NCBI GenBank assembly: GCA_003574845.1
Contig: NDHY01000001.1
Location: forward strand, 73,043-137,042
Length of the DNA: 64,000 nt
Origin: a candidate division NPL-UPA2 bacterium Unc8
Lineage (GTDB): Bacteria > NPL-UPA2
Reading direction: 5' to 3'
This document shows, piece by piece, positions 1 to 8,868 of this stretch. The translations under genes were made by a program, and so were the position numbers. Numbering within the stretch: position 1 is the stretch's first letter; each line of letters starts with the position of its first letter. The notes under the pieces were generated by a model. That model was given only the letters and a program-made list of their open reading frames with translations. It was not told the DNA's origin and made no database searches.

Positions 1-34
1 GAAATAAAAAACTTAACCAAAGGAGGAACGGACG

Positions 35-421
35 ATGGGCCGAATTGTCTCAAACGTAAGAATTACGAATTTATTTGAACGGGAAGCTGTAATTAGCTGT
101 GATGCTCTTGTTGATACTGGTGCAGCATATATGGTTTTGCCAAAAGCATGGAAGGAGAGAATAGGAAAAATTAACACTGTCCGAGAAATTGATTGTGAAA
201 CCGCCACGCAGGAAATAATACAAGGAGAGGTATGTGGCCCGGTGGAAATTAGAATCGAAGGTTTCAAACCTATTTATAGCGAGGTATTGTTTCTAGATAT
301 GAAGCCTGTTGATGGAGTATATGAACCATTAATTGGATATATAGTTTTAGAACAATCTCAGGCTGCTGTAGATATACTTGGGCATAGACTTGTACATGTC
401 AAAAAAACAGATCTAAAATAA
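35..421 (+). CDS. Retropepsin-like (clan AA) aspartyl protease family protein; probable gene cassette
   Basis: 128 aa with ALVDTGA catalytic motif and C-terminal PLIG motif; RBS AAGGAGG upstream; followed immediately by an attC-like site. Confidence 0.75.
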   Translation: MGRIVSNVRITNLFEREAVISCDALVDTGAAYMVLPKAWKERIGKINTVREIDCETATQEIIQGEVCGPVEIRIEGFKPIYSEVLFLDMKPVDGVYEPLIGYIVLEQSQAAVDILGHRLVHVKKTDLK

Positions 422-427
422 AAACAA

Positions 428-493
428 TGCTAACAAATCACTGCACCCGACCAAAAAGCTGCACTTTTTGGCAGGTGAGTTATAGCGTAATAA
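428..493 (+). mobile_element. Integron attC-like recombination site 1
   Basis: Starts 7 bp after the stop codon with TGCTAAC; ACTGCACC pairs with GGTGAGT leaving one extra G; central CCAAAAAG/CTTTTTGG stem; right core degenerate (GTAATAA); 430-475 identical to 1096-1141. Confidence 0.7.
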
Positions 494-505
494 ATAATTT
501 TAACG

Positions 506-535
506 TTGCAAACCAGATAGTTTAAAGTGTATACT
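506..535 (+). promoter_or_regulatory. Putative sigma70 promoter of the TA cassette
   Basis: TTGCAA-18 bp-TATACT upstream of the antitoxin RBS. Confidence 0.45.
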
Positions 536-564
536 ATAGATGAAAAGCATGAGGTTCTAAGGAG

Positions 565-792
565 GTGATTTTAATGGATAAACATATTTCTGCTGCCGAT
601 CTGCTTGAATTGAGTGTTTCCGAAAGAATACAATTTGTAGAGGATATCTGGGATAGTATTGCGACAATGCCTGAGGCTGTTCATATTACAGAAAAACAAA
701 AGGAAGAACTCAACCGCAGATTAGAAGCATACCATCGTAATCCAAATTTAGGTTCTCCATGGAATGAAGTAAAAGAAAGAATAATATCGTAG
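565..792 (+). CDS. Addiction module antitoxin component (TIGR02574-like)
   Basis: Pattern LSVSERIQFVEDIWDSI...ELNRRLEAY...PWNEVK; upstream of a RelE/ParE toxin. Confidence 0.85.
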   Translation: MILMDKHISAADLLELSVSERIQFVEDIWDSIATMPEAVHITEKQKEELNRRLEAYHRNPNLGSPWNEVKERIIS

Positions 793-1091
793 TGATGAAA
801 CAAAAATTAATTATCCGCCCAGAGGCAGAATCAGACCTCCAAGAAGCATACACATGGTATGAAGACCAAAACAAAGGTCTCGGTGCTGACTTTATCCTAT
901 GTGTTGACGCTGCTCTCTCCTTAATTCAGCGTTCCCCAGAGTTGTATGCTCAGGTACATAAAAATATCCGCAGAGCTTTAATCCGTAAATTTCCCTATGG
1001 AATTTTTTACATAGCTGAAGTTGATAAAATAATTGTACTTGCTGTATTGCACATTAAACGTAATCCCAAACATTGGCAAAAAAGACAATAA
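792..1091 (+). CDS. Type II toxin, RelE/ParE family
   Basis: IRPEAESDLQEAYTWYE...KFPYGIFY...VLAVLH.KRNP motifs; start may be 795. Confidence 0.85.
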   Translation: MMKQKLIIRPEAESDLQEAYTWYEDQNKGLGADFILCVDAALSLIQRSPELYAQVHKNIRRALIRKFPYGIFYIAEVDKIIVLAVLHIKRNPKHWQKRQ

Positions 1092-1093
1092 AC

Positions 1094-1158
1094 ATCTAAC
1101 AAATCACTGCACCCGACCAAAAAGCTGCACTTTTTGGCAGGAATGTTAGAAGTTAGAT
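1094..1158 (+). mobile_element. Integron attC-like recombination site 2
   Basis: ATCTAAC (RYYYAAC) ... GTTAGAT (GTTRRRY), exact reverse complements; 65 bp; begins 3 bp after the toxin stop codon. Confidence 0.75.
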
Positions 1159-1171
1159 AGGAGGAAATAAA

Positions 1172-1957
1172 ATGGAGGATAGAGGTGTTCAACAAAAATC
1201 ACTTGCGGTGTTGATAGATGCTGAGAACGCATCACCCACAATTATTGAGCCGTTGTTCGCAGAAATAGCAAAATACGGAATTGCGAGTGTAAAACACATA
1301 TATGGAGATTGGACTTCTCCTCATTTGAGCGGATGGAAAAAGGTTCTATTGACTTTTGCTATCCATCCAGTTCAACAGTTTCGACATACTACTGGTAAAA
1401 ATGCAACAGATAACGCAATGATTATAGATGCGATGGATCTACTCTATACGGGGAGATTTAATGGATTTTGCATTATATCAAGCGATAGCGACTTTACCAG
1501 GCTTGCGTCTCGAATCAGAGAAGCAGGTGCAACTGTATATGGATTTGGAGAGCAAAAAACACCAGATTCTTTCGTTAATGCTTGCGATAAATTTGTATAC
1601 GTTGAAATCCTCAAGACAAAAGTTGGTGGCAAAAAGGGCACTCCCTCGACAAAAATTGCCAGCAGGTCAAAAAAGGGGGAGACACTTGAAAAGGATGAAA
1701 AATTAGAATCCCTGTTATTTGAGACCATTGACGCTGTAGCTGATGAAGACGGTTGGGCTAATTTGGCTGGAGTAGGTTATAAGATATCAAATCAGTATCC
1801 TTCCTTTGATTCGAGGAACTATGGATATTCAAAATTAAGCTCGCTTATACGGGCGATGGATTTATTTGAGATTGATACCAGACAAGTTGGGCCCGACTTA
1901 AAACAAAAGTCCATTTATATTAGACGCAAGGCGCAGGAAAAAGATAGCGCTCCATAG
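1172..1957 (+). CDS. NYN (LabA/DUF88-like PIN) domain protein with C-terminal OST-HTH/LOTUS domain
   Basis: LIDAEN, YGDW, GKNATD, SSDSDF motifs; C-terminal GWANLAGVG...FDSRNYGYSKLS. Confidence 0.9.
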   Translation: MEDRGVQQKSLAVLIDAENASPTIIEPLFAEIAKYGIASVKHIYGDWTSPHLSGWKKVLLTFAIHPVQQFRHTTGKNATDNAMIIDAMDLLYTGRFNGFCIISSDSDFTRLASRIREAGATVYGFGEQKTPDSFVNACDKFVYVEILKTKVGGKKGTPSTKIASRSKKGETLEKDEKLESLLFETIDAVADEDGWANLAGVGYKISNQYPSFDSRNYGYSKLSSLIRAMDLFEIDTRQVGPDLKQKSIYIRRKAQEKDSAP

Positions 1958-1968
1958 CGGTATATTCC

Positions 1969-2505
1969 ATGATGCATTTACTCCCTGAGGTAGATCAAAA
2001 AGCCGCTTATGAAAGATTCGTATACGAGTCCGGGCGGGCAGCCACTGAAATTGGATTCTGGTTATTTGACTCAAAGAGAGCAGCAAGAGTTAAGGAAAAG
2101 GGACATTGTCATGAAAATTATAACGCTCTTAGTGGAGAAGGGTGTGATGTCCCTCTTAAGCAGGAAGTTTATGATGAAGGTTTTTTTATGGGAAGTGCAG
2201 GCTCAGATCGTTCTAAACTTGAGGCATGGAGAGATGGAAAAAGAATCGTTTTTGCTGAACCTGGAGTGAATATCAGAAATTATGAGATAAAGAAAGATAA
2301 AAATAGTTTCAAAATAAAAGGAAAAGGGGCAACATTATTAAAGATAGGTGAATTTAAGCCTTTTGAAAAGTTAAAGATGAGTGTTGATGAAGTTGAAAAG
2401 ATGACCTGTATCTCAGATGAAAACGGAGCGGTAAATTTTAAAATTAACCTGGAGGAAAAATACGCTAAGGTTTTGATTAGTAGAGTTTATAATGATGACC
2501 CCTAA
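1969..2505 (+). CDS. Hypothetical ORF, possibly chimeric gene fragments
   Basis: 178 aa ORF with no clear RBS; N-terminal ~44 aa resemble an internal alpha/beta-hydrolase segment. Confidence 0.3.
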   Translation: MMHLLPEVDQKAAYERFVYESGRAATEIGFWLFDSKRAARVKEKGHCHENYNALSGEGCDVPLKQEVYDEGFFMGSAGSDRSKLEAWRDGKRIVFAEPGVNIRNYEIKKDKNSFKIKGKGATLLKIGEFKPFEKLKMSVDEVEKMTCISDENGAVNFKINLEEKYAKVLISRVYNDDP

Positions 2506-3670
2506 GCAGCGCATGGTGACCGCCTTCAGGCATGGTGTCCCGGACAGAGTGCCTGTGTCGCCTGATATCTCCAATATGATACCCTGCCGTCTCACCGGTA
2601 AGCCTTTCTGGGACATATATCTTTACCGGGACCCTCCCCTCCAGGTGGCATATGTGGAGGCGGTCAAATATTTTGGTTTTGACGGCTTCTATTTCACTAT
2701 TTTGGGGGGACATGCCGTCGGAAAGGCGCGGGCCGGACCGTGGCTGTACTGGCCCGATTCCTGGAAAACTGTCGAGGAGAGAAAGGAGGAGCGGGCCATC
2801 ATCGTGAGGAAGATGGTCGAGACACCTCTGGGAGCACTTTACTGGGAAAAGCTTTATCGAATTGACGATCCTCCCTGTAACACCCACAGCCCGATAGTCG
2901 ATAGAGAGCAGGACTTTGCAAAAGTGAAGTGGCTTTTGGAAGAGGAATGGCAGTGGGAAAAAAAGTATCATGATTATAGGCTGATTGGTGACCTGTGCTC
3001 ATTCGGTACAGGTACTTATCTTCCCATAGATTGGTGGATGAGCCTGAGAGAAGGAGGAATCTCTCAAATGATCTTTGACTGCATGGATGCTCCCCAGTTC
3101 ATGGAGCAGGTGTTCCGGTTTTACACCGAGCATGAAATAGAACGTCTGAAAGTGCACCTTAGAGCCAAACCTACCCCCGACGTGGTGGGGATTCAGGGTT
3201 CTGCTTCCAGCTTCAGTGTGATTTCTCCCATTATCTTTCGCCAGTACAATTTGCTATTTTTGAAAGAGGTCACCAGGCTGTGCCAGAAAGCGGGGGTGCC
3301 CTCTCACCTCCACGTATGCGGTCGATCGAAGGGCATAGTGGAGATGGTTTATCAGGAGACTGACCTGAATGTAATGGAACCTCTGGAGCGACCTCCCGGA
3401 GGAGACGTAGACCTGAAGGAAGCAAAGAGGAGATTTAAGGATAAACTGGTCCTGAAAGGGAATGTAAACACCTTCCAAACAATGTTTAGGGGCACCCCAA
3501 AAGAGGTAGAAGAGGAGGCATTGAGGTGTATAGAGGCTGCCGCTTCAGGCGGAGGATTTATCTTAGCTACCGGTGACCAATGTCCCAGGGATACACCAGA
3601 TGAGAACATCTTCGCTCTCATCGAAACGGCAAGAAAGTTTGGCAAATATGAAGGTAAGAATAAAATTTAA
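2492..3670 (+). CDS. Uroporphyrinogen decarboxylase (URO-D/MtaA-CmuA) family protein
   Basis: TPKQR...PDRVPV N-terminus; HLHVCG; LKGNV; GGGFILATGDQCPRDTP. Confidence 0.85.
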   Translation: MMTPKQRMVTAFRHGVPDRVPVSPDISNMIPCRLTGKPFWDIYLYRDPPLQVAYVEAVKYFGFDGFYFTILGGHAVGKARAGPWLYWPDSWKTVEERKEERAIIVRKMVETPLGALYWEKLYRIDDPPCNTHSPIVDREQDFAKVKWLLEEEWQWEKKYHDYRLIGDLCSFGTGTYLPIDWWMSLREGGISQMIFDCMDAPQFMEQVFRFYTEHEIERLKVHLRAKPTPDVVGIQGSASSFSVISPIIFRQYNLLFLKEVTRLCQKAGVPSHLHVCGRSKGIVEMVYQETDLNVMEPLERPPGGDVDLKEAKRRFKDKLVLKGNVNTFQTMFRGTPKEVEEEALRCIEAAASGGGFILATGDQCPRDTPDENIFALIETARKFGKYEGKNKI

Positions 3671-4247
3671 AAAGAGCAAGGCAGTAAGGTTTATCTCGCA
3701 TCTCAGTCTTGCCAAAACCCTGAGGCAAGCTGTGTGTCGGGCGGGTCTTCCGATTGCCTATTCTCATGGATTCAATCCCCATCAAAAAATTAGTTTTTGC
3801 CATCCTCTTCCGCTTGGAATGATAAGTGATAGCGAATTTGCCGACCTTGTGTTAACTGAAAAAATCGAAGCTGATGAAGTAAAAAAAAAGCTGAATGAAA
3901 AATTGCCCACAGGGATAGAGATTCTGGAGGCTAAAAGGGTTCCCCTGCAATCAAAATCACTAACTTCCCTTGCTGATACGGCAAGTTACAAAATAATACT
4001 CAGTCAGGAGCAGCTACCCATCAAGACAAAGACATCAAATTCAGCCATAAAAAGCTTGAGCTACGAAGACTCACCAGAACCAACTCTGAATATTATCGTA
4101 AAAATTCCCGGGGTGAAAATAAAAGATGTATTGAGCTCACTTCTTGGGCTTGATGAACAAGGAGTAAAGCTTATTGAAGTAAAGAGAACAGGAATGTTTG
4201 CTCAGAGAAAGGAAGCTCTTATTCCACTGATGGACATTTGCGTTTAA
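3648..4247 (+). CDS. Radical SAM-linked protein (DUF2344/TIGR03936 family)
   Basis: RFISHL...RAGLPIAYSHGFNPH...PLPLG.S..EF motif; start moved to ATG 3648. Confidence 0.85.
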   Translation: MKVRIKFKKSKAVRFISHLSLAKTLRQAVCRAGLPIAYSHGFNPHQKISFCHPLPLGMISDSEFADLVLTEKIEADEVKKKLNEKLPTGIEILEAKRVPLQSKSLTSLADTASYKIILSQEQLPIKTKTSNSAIKSLSYEDSPEPTLNIIVKIPGVKIKDVLSSLLGLDEQGVKLIEVKRTGMFAQRKEALIPLMDICV

Positions 4248-5434
4248 CTTAATTGTTTAAGCATCATCTCAATTCGGTTAAGACCTGAGGTGATATTGCT
4301 CATTGAGGTGGCAAAAGAAAGCCTGATGTGGCCAGGGCTGCCAAAAGCAGAACCGGGAACCACTGCCACCTTTGCTTCGGTAAGGAGCAGTTCTGTTAAT
4401 AAGATAGAATCCATAATCATTTGTCCATTAAAGGTTTTTCCAAATAGTCCTGATACATTAAGGAAAAAGTAAAAAGCCCCGTCAGGCTGGAGACAGGAGA
4501 CGCCATCTATCCCACTCAATCTTTGGACAATATAATCCCTTCTTTTTCTGAACTCAACAACCATTTCTCTCAAAATACTCTGGTCTCCTGAAATAGCCGC
4601 CACTGCTGCCCATTGAGAAATTGAGGAGGGATTAGAGGTGCTGTGGTCCTGCAAACCTGACATTGCCGCAACTATTTCTTTATTTGCGGCAGCGTAACCA
4701 ATTCTCCAGCCTGTCATTGAATAAGACTTGGAAACTCCATTTATCAGGATGGTTAAATTCTTAATTTGAGGACTTAAAGCAGCAATGCTAACATGCTCAG
4801 CGTCATAAATAATTTTCTCATAGATTTCATCGGAGATAATATAAATCCCCTTCTCCATGGCAATGGCAGCAATTGAAGATAGCTCTTCTTTGGAGTAGAC
4901 AGCTCCTGTTGGATTATTTGGGCTATTCAATATCAACGCCTTCGTCTTCCTGGTTATGCTCTCCGAGAATGCCCTGCCCTTAAGCTTAAAACCATTTTCC
5001 TCGCTTGTCTGGACGATTATTGGCGTTGCCCCTGCTAATTTTATCTGTTCCGGGTAACTTACCCAGTAAGGCGCAGGCAAAATGACCTCATCTCCTTCTT
5101 CACATATAGCCTGAATGGCATTGTAGAGGGAATGCTTTGCTCCACAGGAGATGATTATTTCCCCTAACTCATAATTTAGGTCGTTATCTCTAACAAACTT
5201 ATCGCATATTGCTTTCTTCAGTTCTAAGATTCCTGAAGTGGGCGTGTATTTAGTAAATCCCGCATCCATTGCTTTCTTAGCTGCCTGCTTGATGAAGACA
5301 GGAGTATCAAAGTCCGGCTCACCGGCGCCAAACCCAATAACATTAACATTTTTATCTCTCATTGCTTTTGCCTTTGCCGTTATAGCAAGAGTAAGAGATG
5401 GCTTAATGGAAGTAATTTTTTTTGCTAATGACAT
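4244..5434 (-). CDS. aspC: Aspartate aminotransferase, class I PLP enzyme
   Basis: GEPDFDTP, NSPNNPTG, SDEIY, SKSYSMTGWRIG. Confidence 0.9.
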   Translation of the reverse strand: MSLAKKITSIKPSLTLAITAKAKAMRDKNVNVIGFGAGEPDFDTPVFIKQAAKKAMDAGFTKYTPTSGILELKKAICDKFVRDNDLNYELGEIIISCGAKHSLYNAIQAICEEGDEVILPAPYWVSYPEQIKLAGATPIIVQTSEENGFKLKGRAFSESITRKTKALILNSPNNPTGAVYSKEELSSIAAIAMEKGIYIISDEIYEKIIYDAEHVSIAALSPQIKNLTILINGVSKSYSMTGWRIGYAAANKEIVAAMSGLQDHSTSNPSSISQWAAVAAISGDQSILREMVVEFRKRRDYIVQRLSGIDGVSCLQPDGAFYFFLNVSGLFGKTFNGQMIMDSILLTELLLTEAKVAVVPGSAFGSPGHIRLSFATSMSNITSGLNRIEMMLKQLS

Positions 5435-5617
5435 TTTCTACCTGCTCTTTCTATTTTCCAATAATTATACAGCTACATTATCAAGAGAAAGAAGATAATG
5501 TCAAGAAAACCTAAAAAACCTTGACAAAATGTCTGTTTAATCAATAGTATAAGAAGTTGCAATATGCTGAGCATCAGCAAAGAAGGGGTTTTGTGTTGAT
5601 ATTTTGTTGTACTTGTT

Positions 5618-5690
5618 GGGCCGCTAACTCATCAGGTAGAGTACCGGCCTTTTAAGCCGGGTGTGCTGGGTTCGAGCCCCGGGCGGCTCA
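5618..5690 (+). tRNA. tRNA-Lys(TTT)
   Basis: Cloverleaf: GGGCCGC/GCGGCTC acceptor stem, CCGGC-CTTTTAA-GCCGG anticodon arm, GTTCGAG T-loop; CCA not encoded. Confidence 0.95.
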
Positions 5691-5700
5691 TTTTTATTAG

Positions 5701-6348
5701 ATGATAAAAATTGCTCCATCTATCTTATCAGCGGATTTTACCCGACTTGAAGAAGAAGTAAGAAGCATAGAAAGGGCTGGAGCCGACCTCATCCATGTTG
5801 ATGTAATGGATGGGCATTTTGTCCCTAATATCACAGTAGGAGTTCCTATTGTTGCCTCACTTAAGAGAAAGACGAAACTTCCTCTTGATGTTCACCTTAT
5901 GATTGACAATCCCGAGCGTTTTATCACACCATTTGCCAATGCCGGCGCAGACATCATTACCTTTCACATTGAGGCGACCTCAGCTCCTGAGGAAGTGCTT
6001 CGCAAAATAGGAGCATCAAGGATAAGAGGAGGCATTTCCCTCAACCCAGAAACCACCCTGACATCGGTTTTCCCTTTACTTGATAGCATAGATATGGTAC
6101 TAATAATGAGTGTGAATCCCGGTTTTGCAGGACAGAAGTTTATCTCAAATACCATTGGGCGTATAAAACAATTGCGCCAGGTGCTCAGCGAGAAGAAACT
6201 GAATGTAGATATTGAGATAGATGGCGGCATCAATCAGAAAAATGCAAAAGAAGTGATTGCAGCGGGGGCAAATATCCTGGTTGCCGGAACAGCAATCTTT
6301 GGAAAAGCAGAGAGAAAAAGAGCAATAGAATTATTGCGAGGTGGGTGA
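5701..6348 (+). CDS. rpe: Ribulose-phosphate 3-epimerase
   Basis: IAPSILSADF, HVDVMDGHFVPN, MSVNPGF, IDGGI. Confidence 0.97.
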   Translation: MIKIAPSILSADFTRLEEEVRSIERAGADLIHVDVMDGHFVPNITVGVPIVASLKRKTKLPLDVHLMIDNPERFITPFANAGADIITFHIEATSAPEEVLRKIGASRIRGGISLNPETTLTSVFPLLDSIDMVLIMSVNPGFAGQKFISNTIGRIKQLRQVLSEKKLNVDIEIDGGINQKNAKEVIAAGANILVAGTAIFGKAERKRAIELLRGG

Positions 6349-7457
6349 TGAAGATTACATTTCCTCATATGGGAAATCTGGACATTGCCCTTAAAGCAAT
6401 TTTAGAAGGGTTGGGGCAGGAAGTATCCCCTCCACCCCCTATTACTAAAAAGACGCTCAATTTAGGGGTAAAGTACTCTCCGGAATGTGCCTGCCTCCCG
6501 TTTAAAATAAATCTCGGCAATTTTATTGAGTCGCTCAATAATGGGGCTGATACCATACTGATGATTGGTGATGGCGGCAGGGGCTCCTGCAGACTTGGAT
6601 TTTATGGCTGTATTCACATATCAATACTGAAAGAACTTGGCTATGATTTTCAGTTTATTACAGTAAGCAGCCGTACCAAAATCGAGTTTGTAAGCAGACT
6701 TGCCCAACTTGGGAAAAATAAGTCACTACCATCAAAAATCCTGGCTCTCTGTAAATTTTACAAAATGAGATTATGCGAAGAAGTAGAAAGACTTAGTCAC
6801 CATTGCTTGCCATATGAAGTAGAGAAAGGGGCAACAAAAAAAGCATATAAAAAGTCACTTCACAAGATTGATGAGGCGCAAAGCATGACAGAGATTCTCA
6901 GAGCGCGCCGGGATGTAAGGAAAATATTTGGCCAGATTAAAAAAGATTACAGTAGAAAACCGCTACGAGTACTTATCGTAGGGGAAATATATGTTGTCTG
7001 GGAGCCATTCGTCAATCTCAACCTTGAGCAGCGTCTGGGAGAGATGGGAGTTGAGGTTGTGCGCAAATTATGGCTGACCGATAATATCCTTTATCTTGCT
7101 CACTTAGATTTCCTGTGTCATGGAAATAGAAAGGAAGCCTTGCGAGCAGCAAAAAGATACTTGGGTTATAATGTCGGAGCAGAATGTAACATCTCCGTGG
7201 GAGAAGCAATTTTATCAGCGCATGAGGGATATGATGGTGTAATTCATCTTATGCCATTTACATGTATGCCAGAGATCATTGCCTCTCACATTATGCCACA
7301 GGTAAGCCGAGATTATGATGTGCCAATTCTCACTTTTATACTTGATGAGCATAGTGCCGAGGCAGGAATGGTAACACGACTTGAGGCATTCATTGACCTA
7401 TTGTGGCGGAGAAGGTCGCAAAAGCAACATAATTTATTAGGGACAATAGAGAAATAG
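6345..7457 (+). CDS. CoA-activase/2-hydroxyacyl-CoA dehydratase-related protein (DUF2229-like)
   Basis: KITFPHMG, SPECACLPFK, GSCRLG, VGEIY, PFTCMPE, DEHSAEAG..TRLEAF. Confidence 0.75.
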   Translation: MMKITFPHMGNLDIALKAILEGLGQEVSPPPPITKKTLNLGVKYSPECACLPFKINLGNFIESLNNGADTILMIGDGGRGSCRLGFYGCIHISILKELGYDFQFITVSSRTKIEFVSRLAQLGKNKSLPSKILALCKFYKMRLCEEVERLSHHCLPYEVEKGATKKAYKKSLHKIDEAQSMTEILRARRDVRKIFGQIKKDYSRKPLRVLIVGEIYVVWEPFVNLNLEQRLGEMGVEVVRKLWLTDNILYLAHLDFLCHGNRKEALRAAKRYLGYNVGAECNISVGEAILSAHEGYDGVIHLMPFTCMPEIIASHIMPQVSRDYDVPILTFILDEHSAEAGMVTRLEAFIDLLWRRRSQKQHNLLGTIEK

Positions 7458-7497
7458 GGGGGAGAACTATGAATAGAGGGGGGAGAACTATGAATAG
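7456..7497 (+). repeat. 21-bp tandem duplication containing RBS and ATG
   Basis: AGGGGGGAGAACTATGAATAG at 7456-7476 and 7477-7497. Confidence 0.95.
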
Positions 7498-8842
7498 AAT
7501 GAAGGGAAAAGTTGTCTTAATTACCGGAGTAGGTGCGGGCGTAGGACTTATGACTGCACGTGAATTTGGGAAAGCAGGCTCAAGACTCATCCTTGCCGAT
7601 ATTAATGAAGAATCACTTAAAAAGGCTGCCGATAGCCTCAAGCAAAATGGAGTTGAAGTTTATATATATACAGTTGATGTTTCAAATAAAAAGCAAGTTG
7701 AAGCAATGGCAAGCGATGTCATCAAAAAATTTGGCAGGGTAGATGTCTTAATAAACAATGCAGGTATTGGGCACACCGGAGAGTTTATTGCCACAGACTA
7801 CCATACCTGGGAAAGGCTTTACAATGTTAATTTTTGGGGACCGATGTATCATATTTACACATTCCTACCTCATATGGTCAAAAGAGGCGATGGGCACATT
7901 GTTAATGTTTCTACAGGTCAGGCCTATTTTCGGCTACCAACCTGGGGAGTATACGCTACACCAAAATTAGCGCTCGGTGCTTTTTCAGAAATACTCCATT
8001 ATGAACTCAGGGATTTTGGTATTACTGTCACGACTGTATATCCTTTTATGATAAGAAATACAGAATTTTACAAGGATACGAAACTGGCATCCTGGGGATT
8101 GAAAATGTTTATGAAATACCTGCCCTTTTACTCAAGTACACCCGAGGCCGTTGGGAAAAAAATCTATAAAGCAGTAGTAAGAAAGAAGCGCATTGAAGGA
8201 GTTCATTATATCAATTGGATTGGCAAGTACATATATTCCAACATATCGTTTGTGTATGATACAGTCAGCCGAATGTCTTACCAGGTTCTTGGCAGACCAC
8301 CGGAACAACTTGGAGGAAAAAAGAAGAGATGGAGCCGAACTCGAAGATTTGTAACTATGTTAGATGAGCGCCGAGTTGGATTCAAAATTGATGAAATAAT
8401 GACTGGCGAACATGAATTTGAAAAAGGGTTTGGCTCCCCTGGTAAAAAGTTTATGGAGTTTCACGCTACCTGGGGGCCAAAACGCATCTCCGAGTTCCTC
8501 AATCCTAAATCTAACAAATTTTGCATGAGCGAAATGGAGGGAACAGTTACGATTGAGGGACTTTGCACAGATGTTCCCATGAAGGGGACGATGGAATTAA
8601 GCTACTTTAGAGAGCATAAGATTCGTTACATCTTTGACTTCTCAGTAGATGGGGTGAACTACCACTTTGTAGGGGAAAAGGTAAATGTCCATCTCTGGCG
8701 TTTCTGGGCGTTGCCAAAAACACATACCATCTGCTATGGGAAGCTGACCCTTGCGAGTGCCGGCGAACTTGTTTCAAAATCAATCACCCATTTTCGATTC
8801 CGAACATCACTGGCATTTATGAGAAGTTTCCGTTTAGTATAA
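7469..8842 (+). CDS. SDR oxidoreductase with an extra ~160-aa C-terminal domain
   Basis: TGVGAGVG, NNAG, YATPK (YxxxK); alternative start 7490. Confidence 0.85.
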   Translation: MNRGGRTMNRMKGKVVLITGVGAGVGLMTAREFGKAGSRLILADINEESLKKAADSLKQNGVEVYIYTVDVSNKKQVEAMASDVIKKFGRVDVLINNAGIGHTGEFIATDYHTWERLYNVNFWGPMYHIYTFLPHMVKRGDGHIVNVSTGQAYFRLPTWGVYATPKLALGAFSEILHYELRDFGITVTTVYPFMIRNTEFYKDTKLASWGLKMFMKYLPFYSSTPEAVGKKIYKAVVRKKRIEGVHYINWIGKYIYSNISFVYDTVSRMSYQVLGRPPEQLGGKKKRWSRTRRFVTMLDERRVGFKIDEIMTGEHEFEKGFGSPGKKFMEFHATWGPKRISEFLNPKSNKFCMSEMEGTVTIEGLCTDVPMKGTMELSYFREHKIRYIFDFSVDGVNYHFVGEKVNVHLWRFWALPKTHTICYGKLTLASAGELVSKSITHFRFRTSLAFMRSFRLV

Positions 8843-8868
8843 ATAAAACAAGAAAGGAGAATACGGAT

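Noticed and set aside
430-1141. 46-bp direct repeat as a CRISPR array or simple terminator
   Set aside because: Only two copies 666 bp apart separated by whole genes, no cas genes, no U-tract; attC architecture fits better
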